A DNA stretch of 64,000 nt, taken from an uncultured Gemmatimonadales bacterium (lineage in GTDB: Bacteria > Gemmatimonadota > Gemmatimonadetes > Gemmatimonadales > GWC2-71-9). The translations under genes and the position numbers were made by a program. The stretch is taken from the NCBI GenBank assembly GCA_963821525.1, contig CAWGED010000003.1:1-64000 (forward strand). Reading direction: 5' to 3'. This document shows, one piece after another, positions 39,835 through 53,366 of the stretch. Under the pieces are notes generated by a model. That model made no database searches. It was not told the DNA's origin and saw nothing but the letters and a program-made list of their open reading frames with translations. Positions within the stretch are counted from its first letter, which is position 1, and every line of letters begins with the position of its first letter.

Positions 39835-39972
39835 GGTTCGACGGTTCGACGGTTCGTCCGTTCGACGGTTCGGCGGCTCGGCCCCGTTCGCCGTTCGCTG
39901 TTCCCTATCTCTTCTCCCTTCTCCCCTTCTCCCGTTCTCCCGTTCTCCCGTTCTCCCGTTCCCCCGTTCCCG
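39835..39972. repeat. octamer tandem repeats (GGTTCGAC; TTCTCCCG)
   Basis: visible in sequence. Confidence 0.85.
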
Positions 39973-39974
39973 CC

Positions 39975-40292
39975 TCATCCCGCCCCCTCCCAGATATCAT
40001 CCAGCCACGCCGCGAAGAACTTCCGGTGCGCGTCGCACAGACAATTACGATTGAGTTGATCGGGACACTGCGCGATGATCGCCAGCTTGGGCTCGGCCTG
40101 CTCCGCCGGGATCGGCCCTCGGTAGGTGACCTCATCCTGGCCGCCCCCAGCGTCACGATAGCCTGCGATAGTGTACTTGCCACAGGAGGGACAGTGGAAA
40201 TACGCCTCGGTGTACGCGGCGCCCATCAGGCCACCCCGGATCACCGCGGTGCTCTTCGCAATCGGCTCGTGACAGGCGAGACACTGGACCAT
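39975..40292 (-). CDS. small Cys-rich probable Zn-binding protein
   Basis: CLAC, CPSC, CP....CLC..H. Confidence 0.7.
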   Translation of the reverse strand: MVQCLACHEPIAKSTAVIRGGLMGAAYTEAYFHCPSCGKYTIAGYRDAGGGQDEVTYRGPIPAEQAEPKLAIIAQCPDQLNRNCLCDAHRKFFAAWLDDIWEGAG

Positions 40293-40299
40293 CTGGTCG

Positions 40300-40373
40300 A
40301 TTGGTAATTGGTAATTGCAAATTGGTAATTGCTAACAGCTAACGCTAACCGCTCACGGCTCACGGCTGACGGC
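40300..40373. repeat. heptamer tandem repeats (ATTGGTA; CTAACAG/CTCACGG)
   Basis: visible in sequence. Confidence 0.8.
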
Positions 40374-40382
40374 CCTCATCAC

Positions 40383-41207
40383 TCACATCGGAGCCCAAGG
40401 TGTCGTCGTGAGCTGTTTAAGCCGCTTCCCATACAGCACCCGCCGCCACCAGGTCGGCTTGGGCTGTAAGCTTTTGAGGACCGTTCCCTCCCAGCCCTTC
40501 GCCGTATCCACCGAGATGATCGCCGCGAAGGCACCGCCTCCGATCAGCCGGGCGAGCGACTTGACGTGGGCACGCAGGAAATGGGCGGCTGCCGCGGTCC
40601 CCGAATCGCTCAGTCCCATCACTACCCAGCAGCTCCGATGACTCGCCGAGTGGTAACCCTTGTAGATGAGCCCGAAGTCGTGCCCCTCCTTCGCCTCGAA
40701 CAACTCGGAGGATGTCAGGGTGCGGAAGGCGGCCGGCTGCTGCCGAAGCTGGACCAGCTTGGGCTCGCAGGCATCCAGGATCTGGAGCGACTTGTAGTGC
40801 GGCCCGATCCCGATCGCATCCTCGCTCCAGGTCTGTCGTCCCGTCTCGCCCGACAGGAGCGAGAAGCTGAGCCGGCTGTTGGTTGCCAGCACCAGCTGCT
40901 GCAGCTCGGCGACCGCGCGCACATCGGGCACGGTATAAAGCTCCGGAATCTTCGCCCACTTGAGCACGGTGAGCCCGGAGGCAGGATTGCGGGGATCTTC
41001 CGGCGCCTTGGAGAAGAGTTCGTTATTGGGAACGAAGAGGCCGCGGAGAAAGAAGGCGGCGCTGGAGTCCTTGGTAGCGAGCGAGCCGAGGAGGAGACGG
41101 ACCGAAGGATCCGTCCGAAAGTACCAAAGGGCGAGCCCCACCAGGAGGATCGCGAGTACCGCGATCCCCGCGATGGCCAGCGGGTTCGAATCGGAAAGAA
41201 ATCCCAT
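40383..41207 (-). CDS. membrane-anchored hypothetical protein
   Basis: long ORF with N-terminal TM segment. Confidence 0.7.
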   Translation of the reverse strand: MGFLSDSNPLAIAGIAVLAILLVGLALWYFRTDPSVRLLLGSLATKDSSAAFFLRGLFVPNNELFSKAPEDPRNPASGLTVLKWAKIPELYTVPDVRAVAELQQLVLATNSRLSFSLLSGETGRQTWSEDAIGIGPHYKSLQILDACEPKLVQLRQQPAAFRTLTSSELFEAKEGHDFGLIYKGYHSASHRSCWVVMGLSDSGTAAAAHFLRAHVKSLARLIGGGAFAAIISVDTAKGWEGTVLKSLQPKPTWWRRVLYGKRLKQLTTTPWAPM

Positions 41208-41247
41208 GCTCAGATCCGTGGTTCTGTCATGAGTACCCGACCGGCGA

Positions 41248-42030
41248 TCACACGAGTGACGGCTTGTATTCCCTGATTTGTCCGAATTCCTGAAAGCCGA
41301 GCCGGCGATAGACCCCGACACCATCGGGTGCGGCCTGGAGGATGGCGATCTGCTGGCCCGCCTCCCGGGCGTCCTGCAGGGGTCTCACGGTCAGCGCCGA
41401 ACCATAGCCCCGCCGGCGATAGGGAGCCAAGGTCGAGATGGCATAGAGTCCGACGACTCCGCCTCCCACCGTCAGCTCCGCGGTTCCCACCGCGACGCCA
41501 TCGACATATCCCAGGTAAAGCCAGAGGGGACTGGCCGAATGCAGCAGGACTGGCGCGGCCCGGGCATAGAACTCTACTACCAATTCGTCGGGCGGAGACC
41601 AGTTAGCGGCACTGAGTCTAGCGTACTCCCGAAGCTCCTCGGGGCTGCTTACCCGCCTGATCGAGAGCCCATTCGGCGCGAGATCTATGCCGGGAAGGGC
41701 GTCCAGGTCCACGGCCATGGCCAGCTCGGACTCCGCCGGCTCAAGTCCCGCCTGCTCCAGCTGTTGCCCGAGGTCGGCCGGCCGGTCGCCGGGCCCCACC
41801 CACCAGGAAAACGGATGCGACCGCTCGGCGAACCAGTCGATCGCCTCTCGAATCGCAGACGCAGCGGCATCCCGCTCCAGTCGAGCGCGACAGACGGCGT
41901 TGAACGTGTCACAGGGAAGGCCGCTGTCGCTCAGGACCAGCGATTCCGACCGGCGCACCCGCATGCCGGCCGTTTGCTGCTGCACCCAGGTGAAGTGGGT
42001 GGCAAGGTTGGCGTCGGCTGCATCAGCCAA
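41248..42030 (-). CDS. GNAT acetyltransferase
   Basis: YRRRGYG, VYRRLGF. Confidence 0.85.
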   Translation of the reverse strand: MADAADANLATHFTWVQQQTAGMRVRRSESLVLSDSGLPCDTFNAVCRARLERDAAASAIREAIDWFAERSHPFSWWVGPGDRPADLGQQLEQAGLEPAESELAMAVDLDALPGIDLAPNGLSIRRVSSPEELREYARLSAANWSPPDELVVEFYARAAPVLLHSASPLWLYLGYVDGVAVGTAELTVGGGVVGLYAISTLAPYRRRGYGSALTVRPLQDAREAGQQIAILQAAPDGVGVYRRLGFQEFGQIREYKPSLV

Positions 42031-42050
42031 CGTTGTAGATCATGTATTTT

Positions 42051-42193
42051 AAGTACCGAGTACCTAGTCCCGAGTACCTAGTACAGAGTACTGCGTAGTT
42101 CTGACTCCGAGCTCTCGGCATGTGGTCTCTGGAAATCCAAACTCAGCGCTCGGTACGCAGTTCTCGGTACTCGTTACTAGGTACTCGGTACTT
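42051..42193. repeat. inverted pair of heptamer arrays (AGTACCG/AGTACCT)
   Basis: AAGTACCGAGTACCTAGT ... ACTAGGTACTCGGTACTT. Confidence 0.85.
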
Positions 42194-42195
42194 TT

Positions 42196-44865
42196 CTAGA
42201 CCGTCGCTCTCGTCCGATCCATCGTCCCCCGCTCGGCCAACGACGACTGCGCCGCCGCCAATCTCGCGATCGGTACCCGGTAGGGAGAACAGCTCACGTA
42301 GTTCATGCCGAGGGCATCGAAGAAGGCCACCGATCGCGGCTCTCCGCCGTGCTCGCCGCAGATGCCGAGCTTGAGATCCTGCCGGGTCTTCCGCCCCAGC
42401 TCGCAGGCCATCTGGATCAGCTTGCCCACTCCACCGATGTCCAGCACCTGGAACGGATCATCCTCCAGGATGTTGTGCTCCAGGTAGTAGGGAAGGAAGC
42501 GTCCCGCGTCGTCGCGCGAGAGGCCCCAGGTGGTCTGGGTGAGATCGTTGGTGCCGAAGGAGAAGAACTGCGCCTCGCGCGCGATCTCGTCGGCGGTGAG
42601 GGCGGCGCGGGGCAGCTCGATCATGGTGCCGAGCAGATAGGGCACGGTGAGCTGCTTCTCCCGGAAGACCTGCTCCGCGACTTCCCGCACGATGAGCGCC
42701 TGCTTCCGGAACTCAACGACATTGGCGGTGAGCGGGATCATCACCTCGGGCATCACTCGGCCCTTGCGGGACGCCACGGCACAAGCCGCCTCGAAGATGG
42801 CGCGGGCCTGCATGCGTGCTGATCTCGGGATAGATGATGCCCAAGCCGGCAGCCGCGGAGTCCCAGCATCGGGTTGGTCTCCTGCAGCGCCTGCACGCTC
42901 GCGGCCACTTCTTCCGGCTTGCGACCCAGCGCCTTGGCCAGCGCTTCGATCTCCTGCTTCTCCTTGGGGAGGAACTCGTGGAGCGGGGGATCGAGCAGCC
43001 GGATGCAGACCGGATATCCCTCCATGGCGCGGAAGATGGCCTCGAAGTCCCCCCGCTGCATCGGGAGCAGTTTGGCGAGCGCCTTCTTGCGACCCTCGCT
43101 GTTCTGGGCCAGGATCATCTCCCGCATCGCGATCAGCCGGTCGCCCTCGAAGAACATGTGCTCGGTACGGCAGAGCCCGATGCCCTCGGCGCCGAAGTCG
43201 CGGCCCCGGTGCGCGTCGGCCGGCGTATCGGCATTCACCCGCACCCGGAGATGGCGGACCTTGTCGGCCCACAGCATGAGCCGGGTGAAATTGCCCGACA
43301 GCTCGGGAGAAACCAGGTTCGCCTGTCCCGCGTAGACCCGCCCGCTGCCGCCGTCGATCGTGATCCACTCGCCCTGTTTGATGGTGCGGCCGTTCACCGA
43401 GAACTGCAGGTTCTGCTCGTTTACCTCGAGCTTCTGGGCGCTCGCGACGCAAGGCTTTCCGATGCCGCGCGCAACGACGGCCGCGTGACTCGTCATGCCG
43501 CCGCGCGCGGTCAGAATCGCCTTGGCGGCGACCATGCCGTGGAAGTCTTCGGGACTGGTCTCCCGTCGCACCAGGATCACCGAGTCGCCCTTGCGGCCCA
43601 GCTGCTCCGCCAGGTCGGCGTCGAACACCGCGGTGCCCGATGCGGCTCCGGGTGAGGCGGGCAGTCCGGTCGTCAGCAGATCGAGATGGGCCTTGGGATC
43701 GATCGCCGGATGGAGCAGCTGGTTGAGATCGTTGGGGGGAATCCGGGCGACCGCCTCGTCCTCGCTGATCGCACCTTCATCCACCATCTCGCAGGCGATA
43801 CGCACCGCGGATTGCCCCGAGCGCTGGGCGCGCCGGGTCTGCAGCATGTAGAGCTTGCCGCGCTCGATGGTGAACTCCATGTCCTGCACATCGCGGAAGT
43901 GCCGCTCCAGGATCCTCGCCAGCCGGTCCAGCTCGGTGTAGGCGGCGGGCATCACATCCTTGAGCCGCGCGATCGGCTCCACGTCCCGGGTGCCGGAGAC
44001 GACGTCCTCTCCCTGTGCGTTGAGCAGATATTCACCGTAGAGCCGCCTCTCACCGGTCGAGGGGTCGCGGGTGAACGCGACGCCGGTGCCCGAGTCCTCG
44101 CCCAGGTTCCCGAAGACCATCGTCACCACGTTGACCGCGGTTCCCATGCTGTCGGGAATGTCGTGCAGCTTCCGGTAATCGATCGCGCGCCGGGTGTTCC
44201 AGCTCTCGAAGACCGCGGCGATGGCGCCCCAGAGCTGCTCCATCGGGTCGTCGGGGAAGGGGCGCCCGGCTTCCTTCTCGACGTGCTTCTTCATCTCGTG
44301 CACCAGCGCCAGGATCTCCTCGGCCGGGAGGTCGATGTCGCGCTCCGCCTTGTGCTTCTTCTTGCTGCGCCTCGAGCAGGTGCTCGATCGGGGCCTTGGG
44401 GAGATCGAACACCACCGTCGCGTACATCTGCACGAAGCGGCGGTAGGAGTCGTAGGCGAAATGCGCGTTGCCGCTCTCCTTGCGCAGGCCCTCCACCGTC
44501 GCGTCGTTGAGGCCGAGGTTGAGGATCGTCTCCATCATGCCGGGCATGGAGACCGCGGCGCCCGAGCGCACCGAGACCAGCAGCGGCCGTTCGCGGCCGC
44601 CGAAGTGGCGGTTGGTCGCGGCTTCGAGCCGCTGGAGACTGGTCTCGACCTGGGATCGAAGCCAGGGCGGAAATTGACGAGTCTCGAGGTAGGTGACGCA
44701 GAGCGATGCGGCGATGGTGAATCCGGGAGGGACCGGAATGCCGAGGTTGGTCATCTCGGCGAGACCGGCGCCTTTTCCTCCCAGCACGTCCTTCATGGTG
44801 GCGGTGCCGTCGGCGCGGCCCTGCCCAAAGAAATAGACTGACGGCTGGGAGTAGGTTCCGCTCAT
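42196..44865 (-). CDS. ppdK: pyruvate phosphate dikinase (2 frameshifts)
   Basis: [31 protein letters not shown]. Confidence 0.95.
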
Positions 44866-46256
44866 GCGGTCGTCACGATGGAGGGAGCCGCGTGCCGGAC
44901 CTGGACCAGCTCGTCCGAGATCGGCGTCGGATAGTTGCCGGAGAAGCACGCGTCGCAGAACTCGTTCCGCGGTCCGGCCGCGCGGAGCATGCCTTCGAGC
45001 GACAGGTAGCCCAGGGTATCCACGCCGAGGTAATCACGGATTTCCTCGATCGAGTGGTTGGCGCCGATCAGCTCCTCGCGGGTCGGCGTATCGATCCCGT
45101 AGTGGCAGGGGCCGGTGATCGGCGGAGAGGCGAGCCTCAGATGTACTTCGCGGGCGCCCGCGGCGCGAATCATCTGCACCAGCCCCTTGCTGGTGGTTCC
45201 GCGGACCAGGCTGTCGTCCACCATCACCACCGAGCGGCCCTCGATCACGTCGCGCACCGGATTGAACTTGATCTTCACCTTGGCCACCCGCAGCGCCTGG
45301 GTCGGATTGATGAAGGTCCGGCCCACGTAGTGGTTCCTGATCAGCCCGTTCTCCAGCTTGATCCCCGAGACCTCGGCGAAACCGAGAGCCATCGCGTTTG
45401 CGCTGTCCGGAACGCTGAACACGACCTCGGCGCCCGGGGCAGGGTGCTCCTTCGCCAGCTCGCGGCCCAGCTCGCGCCGCACCCGGTCCACCGACTCGCC
45501 GAAGACCCGCGAATCGGGCCGGGCGAAGTAGACCAGCTCGAACACGCAGCGGCTGATCGGCCGCGGCTTGAGCCGGGGCAGCTCGGTGATGTTGCCTTCC
45601 TCGATCTTGAGGAACTGGCCCGGTTGCAGCTCGCAGACCATCTGGGCGCCCACCAGGTCGAGCGCGCAGGTTTCCGAGGCGACAACCACACCGCCGCTCA
45701 ACCGGCCGAGCACCGCGGGCCGGAAACCGCGCGAGTCGATCACCACATAGATCGTCCGACCCACGCTCATCAGCAGGGTATAGGCGCCCTCGGCTTTTTC
45801 CAGCGCCTCGCGAATCTGCTCCTCGGGCGTGTGCTTCCTCGAGCGGGCGATCAAATGCAGCAGGACTTCGGTGTCGGTCGTCGTGGTGAAGATGGCGCCC
45901 TGGTCCGCCAGCTCGCGCCGCAGCTCCGGCGCGTTGGTCAGGTTGCCGTTGTGCGCGATGGTGAGCGGCCCGCCGCGATAGTCGATGAGGAGCGGCTGGG
46001 CGTTGGCCAGCACCGAGCTTCCGGCGGTGGAGTAGCGGGTGTGCCCGACGGCGACATCGCCCAGGCAGCGCTGGAGTGCCGCGTCATGGAAGTTCTCCGA
46101 GACGAGCCCCATTCCACGGTGTGCCCGAGCCCTGCCGTGCTCGTCGATGGCGACGATGCCGGCACTCTCCTGGCCACGATGCTGCAGGGCGTAGAGCCCC
46201 ATATACGTGAGCCGCGCCGCGTCAGGTACTCCGGAGACTCCGAAGATGCCGCACAT
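44862..46256 (-). CDS. purF: amidophosphoribosyltransferase
   Basis: MCGIFG, QHRGQES, VDDSLVRGTT. Confidence 0.97.
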   Translation of the reverse strand: MCGIFGVSGVPDAARLTYMGLYALQHRGQESAGIVAIDEHGRARAHRGMGLVSENFHDAALQRCLGDVAVGHTRYSTAGSSVLANAQPLLIDYRGGPLTIAHNGNLTNAPELRRELADQGAIFTTTTDTEVLLHLIARSRKHTPEEQIREALEKAEGAYTLLMSVGRTIYVVIDSRGFRPAVLGRLSGGVVVASETCALDLVGAQMVCELQPGQFLKIEEGNITELPRLKPRPISRCVFELVYFARPDSRVFGESVDRVRRELGRELAKEHPAPGAEVVFSVPDSANAMALGFAEVSGIKLENGLIRNHYVGRTFINPTQALRVAKVKIKFNPVRDVIEGRSVVMVDDSLVRGTTSKGLVQMIRAAGAREVHLRLASPPITGPCHYGIDTPTREELIGANHSIEEIRDYLGVDTLGYLSLEGMLRAAGPRNEFCDACFSGNYPTPISDELVQVRHAAPSIVTTA

Positions 46257-46307
46257 TCCGGTGTGGTAACTCCTCTCTTGGGTACCTCATCCCTCGCTCC
46301 CTCCGCC

Positions 46308-46419
46308 ACCTCATCCCGAGCGCAGCGAGGGACCTACTCTCCGAGTCTTGAACCTCAGTCGAAGCGCTACGCATCTAAGGCCACCTCTGCAAGGTCCCTC
46401 GCTCCGCTCGGGATGAGGT
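46308..46419. repeat. REP/MITE-like palindrome
   Basis: ACCTCATCCCGAGCGCAGCGAGGGACCT ... AGGTCCCTCGCTCCGCTCGGGATGAGGT. Confidence 0.8.
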
Positions 46420-46490
46420 ACTTGTACGACATCGCTTCTCTACATTTCCCGTCCTCATCGCCCTACTCCCCACTCCCGACTCCCTACTCC

Positions 46491-48900
<2,410 letters not shown>

Positions 48901-48920
48901 GAGGGATGAGTGTTGGGTGG

Positions 48921-49259
48921 TCAAATCTCGTCCTTCGGACTGGGCTTCTTCCCGAAGGCGCCCATCAGGTCGTCCATGATCCGAAAGACGAGACCCTTGT
49001 CGTAATGGGCCAGGATCGCCCTGACCTCACCGTAGTCGAACCACGAGCCCTTGCAGTCCTCACACATTTCGAACTCGATGCCGTGGAGCTTCCGGTCCTT
49101 GAGATGCCCGCCGCACTTGGGGCATCGCATGTGGTGCAGGCGACGCTCGGCATCCCGGGCGCGCGCGTGCTCCTGCTGGCGCCGGCGCTCAATGCGCTCC
49201 GCGTCGAGCTTGGCGAAATATTCGACTTCGTTCTTGCTGGGCTTGCTCTTGTCGGCCAT
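48921..49259 (-). CDS. zf-TFIIB-like zinc ribbon protein
   Basis: MRCPKCG...[12 protein letters not shown]. Confidence 0.8.
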   Translation of the reverse strand: MADKSKPSKNEVEYFAKLDAERIERRRQQEHARARDAERRLHHMRCPKCGGHLKDRKLHGIEFEMCEDCKGSWFDYGEVRAILAHYDKGLVFRIMDDLMGAFGKKPSPKDEI

Positions 49260-49288
49260 TGCCTTCGGTGTCGGTTAAGGTTCTTCGT

Positions 49289-49358
49289 CTAACAGCTAAC
49301 AGCTAACAGCCAACAGCTAACAGCTAACAGCTAACAGCTTACAGCTATTAGCTATTAG
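49289..49358. repeat. heptamer tandem repeat (CTAACAG)n
   Basis: about 10 units. Confidence 0.9.
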
Positions 49359-49363
49359 CTTCT

Positions 49364-49717
49364 TCACGGGGCCGTCGGTGCCACCCCCGTCGGCTCCGGC
49401 TTCCGCTCCGGCGGCGAGGACGATACACCGTCGTAGCTCCGGCCCTGGGCGCGTACGATGGCGTCCACCACCTGGTCTTTCTCCAGGATCACCACGTCGT
49501 AGGTGCCGCAGGTCTTGAGGCACCCGTTGGTGTAGAACATGTAGCTGTAGTCGCCCATCTTCCTGACGGTGAGCGGCTCGCCCCACGCGGCGCGCACATC
49601 GGCCTCGGACTGTCCCGGCTTGATGGCCTGGGCGGACAGGGCGGTCGGGGCGGACAGGACGGTCAGACTGAGCACCAGCGCCAGTGTGGCTAATCTGGTC
49701 AGGAGGTTGCTTGGCAT
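49364..49717 (-). CDS. secreted SmpA/OmlA-like protein
   Basis: signal peptide; IKPGQSEADVRAAWGEP. Confidence 0.6.
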   Translation of the reverse strand: MPSNLLTRLATLALVLSLTVLSAPTALSAQAIKPGQSEADVRAAWGEPLTVRKMGDYSYMFYTNGCLKTCGTYDVVILEKDQVVDAIVRAQGRSYDGVSSSPPERKPEPTGVAPTAP

Positions 49718-49759
49718 CGCCAGTTTCCTCGGGTCGAAGGTGTCAGGCTCTGAGTCCTA

Positions 49760-49900
49760 GTCCGTCGGTTCGTCGGTTCGTCGGTTCGTTCGTCCGCCGG
49801 TCCGCCGCTCTTTGTCCGCCGGTCCGCCATCTCTTCGTCCGCCGGTCCGCCGCTCTTTGTCCGCCGCTTTACGTCCGCCGGTCCGCCCGTCTCCCGTCTC
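49760..49900. repeat. octamer-type repeats (GGTTCGTC; GTCCGCCG)
   Basis: visible in sequence. Confidence 0.8.
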
Positions 49901-50596
49901 CTACCGCTCCTTTACCACCCCCGCCACCGCCGACGTGAAGAACCCCAGCCCATCCGTGTTGCCCAGCGCGGGATCCGACGCGCGGTCGGGGTGGGGCATC
50001 AGGCCGACCACGTTGCCTTCGTCGTTCACGATGCCGGCGATCTGGTTGACTGAGCCGTTGATCTCTTCGGTCGGAGCACCGCCGTCGCGGTTCACGTAGC
50101 GCACCACCACGCGTCCCTCTGCTTCCAGCTTCCGCCGTGTGGCTTCGTCCGCCACGAAGCGGCCGTCTCCGTGCGCCACCGGCATCTTCAGCACCTGGCC
50201 CACCGAATACTGATTGGTGAACGCGGTGTCGGTTTGCTCAACTCTCAGCCACACCGGGCGGGAGACAAAGCTGAGCCGGCTGTTCCGCATCAAGGCGCCG
50301 GGGAGCAACCCTGCCTCGCAGAGAATCTGGAACCCGTTGCAGATGCCGAGGACGGGTCCTCCTTCCCTGGCGAACTTCTGCACCGCCGCCATGATGGGAC
50401 TGAAGCGCGCGATGGCGCCGGAGCGCAGGTAGTCGCCGTAGCTGAACCCGCCCGGCAGCATCACCGCGTCGGCTCCCTGCAGATCGGTCTCGCGATGCCA
50501 GACGTAGTAGGGTTCCGCGCCCGCAATCGCCGCCGACCGGAACGTGTCGGCGTCACAGTTGCTGCCGGGAAACCTCACGACCGCGACTCGGCGCAT
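49901..50596 (-). CDS. purQ: FGAM synthase glutaminase subunit
   Basis: FPGSNC, PGGFSYGDY, GICNGFQ. Confidence 0.96.
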   Translation of the reverse strand: MRRVAVVRFPGSNCDADTFRSAAIAGAEPYYVWHRETDLQGADAVMLPGGFSYGDYLRSGAIARFSPIMAAVQKFAREGGPVLGICNGFQILCEAGLLPGALMRNSRLSFVSRPVWLRVEQTDTAFTNQYSVGQVLKMPVAHGDGRFVADEATRRKLEAEGRVVVRYVNRDGGAPTEEINGSVNQIAGIVNDEGNVVGLMPHPDRASDPALGNTDGLGFFTSAVAGVVKER

Positions 50597-50847
50597 CAGG
50601 CCTCGACCTCCACCAGGTAGTCTTCAGTGACCGGATTCGCGAGGAGCTTGTCGCACATCGCGCGGGCGCGGGCCTTGGCGTCCGTCGCATTCGCCGCCTT
50701 CACCTCCAGCTCGATCGCCTTCCCGATCCGGACGTTGGAGGCCTCCTGAAACCCCAGGGCGGAGAGCGCGTGCTCCACGGCCTGGCCCTGCGGATCCAGC
50801 AGCCCGGCCCGGGGAACCACTCGCACGTGCAGGCGGAACGTCGTCAT
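50596..50847 (-). CDS. purS: FGAM synthase PurS subunit
   Basis: LDPQG, LLANPVTE. Confidence 0.95.
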   Translation of the reverse strand: MTTFRLHVRVVPRAGLLDPQGQAVEHALSALGFQEASNVRIGKAIELEVKAANATDAKARARAMCDKLLANPVTEDYLVEVEA

Positions 50848-51710
50848 GAATCCTCTCCTCTTGTCGGTCGGTCATCCACGCGTCGCGGAGCGGTGAGCCG
50901 CGGCCCGCGCGACATCTCAGATTCGCCCTCCACCACGGCCGGATGCCACTCTCCCCGATCGAGGAAGCCGAACAGGACGGCGCGCCCAACACCGAAGGCC
51001 AGATAGGTGAGTCCCAGCGGGAACAGGAAATGGGACGGCACCCAGAGACTCATCACCAGGATCACCAGGTGGAGCAGGAGCCCAAGGATTCCCTTGATAC
51101 TCCGGAAGCCGATGGCGGGGAAGCGGGGATACTTGATGTTGCTCACCATCAGCAGCGCGAGCAGCACCATCAGGATGGCGAGACCCTGGCGCTGAAGATT
51201 GAGATAGGCCAGCGACGCCTGGTACCACGGCGTCTGGCTGAACGGGTAAAAGACCGCGAGCGTCATTCCCGCCGAAGGTGAGGGCATTCCGGTGAACCAT
51301 CCCGGCTTGTCGTTCCCGTGCGAGACATTGTACCGCGCGAGCCGCACCGCCACCGCGACCACATACAGGTAGCAGAGAATCCAGCCGAACCTTCCCCCTT
51401 CGCTGAATTCCAGGAAGTACATGATCATCGCCGGCGCCACACCGAAGGAGATCACGTCTACCAGCGAATCCAGCTCGGCGCCGAACCGGGTGCCGGTCTT
51501 CGAGAGCCGAGCCACCCGCCCATCCAGCATGTCCAGCACGCCGGAGAACATGACGAACCAGGCCGCCCACACGAAGTTCTTGTTGTAGGCGGAGACCATG
51601 GCCCAGAAGCCGAAGAACAGATTGCCCAGGGTGAGCGCGCTCGGCACCACGACGACCACCTTGCGGGTGTCAGGGCGTCGCAACCCACCACGTGAGGGCA
51701 TCAGTCCCAT
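50844..51710 (-). CDS. pssA: phosphatidylserine synthase
   Basis: DMLDGRVAR...G.ELDSLVD. Confidence 0.92.
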   Translation of the reverse strand: MGLMPSRGGLRRPDTRKVVVVVPSALTLGNLFFGFWAMVSAYNKNFVWAAWFVMFSGVLDMLDGRVARLSKTGTRFGAELDSLVDVISFGVAPAMIMYFLEFSEGGRFGWILCYLYVVAVAVRLARYNVSHGNDKPGWFTGMPSPSAGMTLAVFYPFSQTPWYQASLAYLNLQRQGLAILMVLLALLMVSNIKYPRFPAIGFRSIKGILGLLLHLVILVMSLWVPSHFLFPLGLTYLAFGVGRAVLFGFLDRGEWHPAVVEGESEMSRGPRLTAPRRVDDRPTRGEDS

Positions 51711-52336
51711 TCTGCCACCTTGGTTAAGCCGGCCCGGGTCTTCTGGCCGCTCTGGACCAGAATCCGCGCGGCCACCGGTATAAAGATATCCACCCGGGAA
51801 CCGAACCGGATGATTCCCATTCGATCACCCTGGTGCACCTTCGTGCCTACTTCATGATCCGTTACAATCCGTCGCGCGACGAGGCCCGCGATCTGGCGGA
51901 CCAGCAGTTTCCCCCGCGGCGTTTCCAGTCCCACCGTACTCTGCTCGTTTTCGAGACTCGCCTTCTCGGTGCCGGCGTGGCCGAACTCGCCCTTCACGTA
52001 GTGGCGGTATCGTACCGTGCCGTCGCTCGGGTACCGGTTCACGTGGACGTCGAACACGTTCATGAAGATCGAGACCCGGGTGGTGCGCGCCGCCACGAAC
52101 TCGGGTTCGTCCATCGTCACGATGCTCACGATGGCGCCGTCCGCCGGCGCGATCACCAGGTTGTCGCCCCGCGGCCCGTTGCGAACGGGATCCCGGAAGA
52201 AGGCGATCACCCAGATCGCCACGACCACCCAGAGCGCCGTCACCCACCACGGGGCGAACCAGGCGAGAACCGCGGCGAAGAACCAGGCAGCTGCGATGAA
52301 CGGCCGGCCCTCCGGAGCGACTGCGACCTTGATCAC
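51701..52336 (-). CDS. psd: phosphatidylserine decarboxylase
   Basis: FFRDP, APADG, HVNR, FGSRVD. Confidence 0.92.
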   Translation of the reverse strand: MIKVAVAPEGRPFIAAAWFFAAVLAWFAPWWVTALWVVVAIWVIAFFRDPVRNGPRGDNLVIAPADGAIVSIVTMDEPEFVAARTTRVSIFMNVFDVHVNRYPSDGTVRYRHYVKGEFGHAGTEKASLENEQSTVGLETPRGKLLVRQIAGLVARRIVTDHEVGTKVHQGDRMGIIRFGSRVDIFIPVAARILVQSGQKTRAGLTKVAEWD

Positions 52337-53253
52337 GCCTCCTCCGGCAGGTCGCGACCGGTGATGCGGCGATACGCTTCCAGGTATCGCGCGCTGGTCG
52401 CCGTCACCACCTCGCTCGGCAGCCGCGGGGGAGGCGCCTCGCCGTTCCATTCACCCTTGCTGCGCAGCGCCGCGAGATAATCCCGGAGCGGCTGCTTGTC
52501 GAAGCTGGGCTGCGCCCGTCCCGCCTCGTACTGGTCCGCCGGCCAGAAGCGGGATGAATCGGGTGTCATCACCTCATCAATCAGCCGCAGCGCGCCCCGC
52601 TGGTCGAAGCCGAACTCGAACTTGGTATCGGCGATGATGATGCCACGTTCGGATGCGTGCGTCGCCCCGGCGCGATAGACCTCGAAGCTCAAGTCCCGCA
52701 GGCGAGCCGCCGTCTCGGCCCCCAACCCCTTGGCGACCGCGTCGAAGGTCACGTTGATGTCGTGGCCCGACTCCGCCTTGGTGGCCGGTGAGAAGATTGA
52801 AGGCTCCAGGCGACTGCTCTGCACCAGTCCCGGCGGCAGCGTCTCGCCGGCCAGCGTTCCATGGTCGCGGTATTCGTTCCACGCCGAGCCGGAGATGTAG
52901 CCGCGAACAACGCACTCGAAGGGCACCGGGTTCGTCCTCAATACCAACATTGCCCTCCCTGACACCTGACCCCTGACACCTTCCAGCTCCGGAACCCGCT
53001 CGATAATCTGATCGGTATCAGCCGTCACGTAGTGCGAGGCCGTCACCCCGGCGAGACGCTCGAACCAGAACGCGCTCAACTGCGTCAGCACCGCTCCCTT
53101 CCGCGGGATCGGCTCGGCCATCACGATGTCGAACGCGCTCACCCGGTCGCTCGCCACGAGCAGGAGGTGGTCAGCGTCTACCTCGTAGACCTCGCGCACC
53201 TTGCCCTTCCGCAACAGCGGCAGGGGCAACCGGCTTTCAGTCAGAACTGCCAT
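52333..53253 (-). CDS. purC: SAICAR synthase
   Basis: [23 protein letters not shown]. Confidence 0.96.
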   Translation of the reverse strand: MAVLTESRLPLPLLRKGKVREVYEVDADHLLLVASDRVSAFDIVMAEPIPRKGAVLTQLSAFWFERLAGVTASHYVTADTDQIIERVPELEGVRGQVSGRAMLVLRTNPVPFECVVRGYISGSAWNEYRDHGTLAGETLPPGLVQSSRLEPSIFSPATKAESGHDINVTFDAVAKGLGAETAARLRDLSFEVYRAGATHASERGIIIADTKFEFGFDQRGALRLIDEVMTPDSSRFWPADQYEAGRAQPSFDKQPLRDYLAALRSKGEWNGEAPPPRLPSEVVTATSARYLEAYRRITGRDLPEEA

Positions 53254-53321
53254 GCAGCCTACGCCTTTCAGCTATCACAGATCTCGGAGTTCCGAGTTCC
53301 CAGTTCGCGGTCCCGCTCACC

Positions 53322-53364
53322 GCTCCCGTCTCCCGTTTTCCCGTCTCCCGTCTCCCGTCTCCCG
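53322..53364. repeat. heptamer repeats (TCCCGTC)
   Basis: visible in sequence. Confidence 0.75.
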
Positions 53365-53366
53365 CT

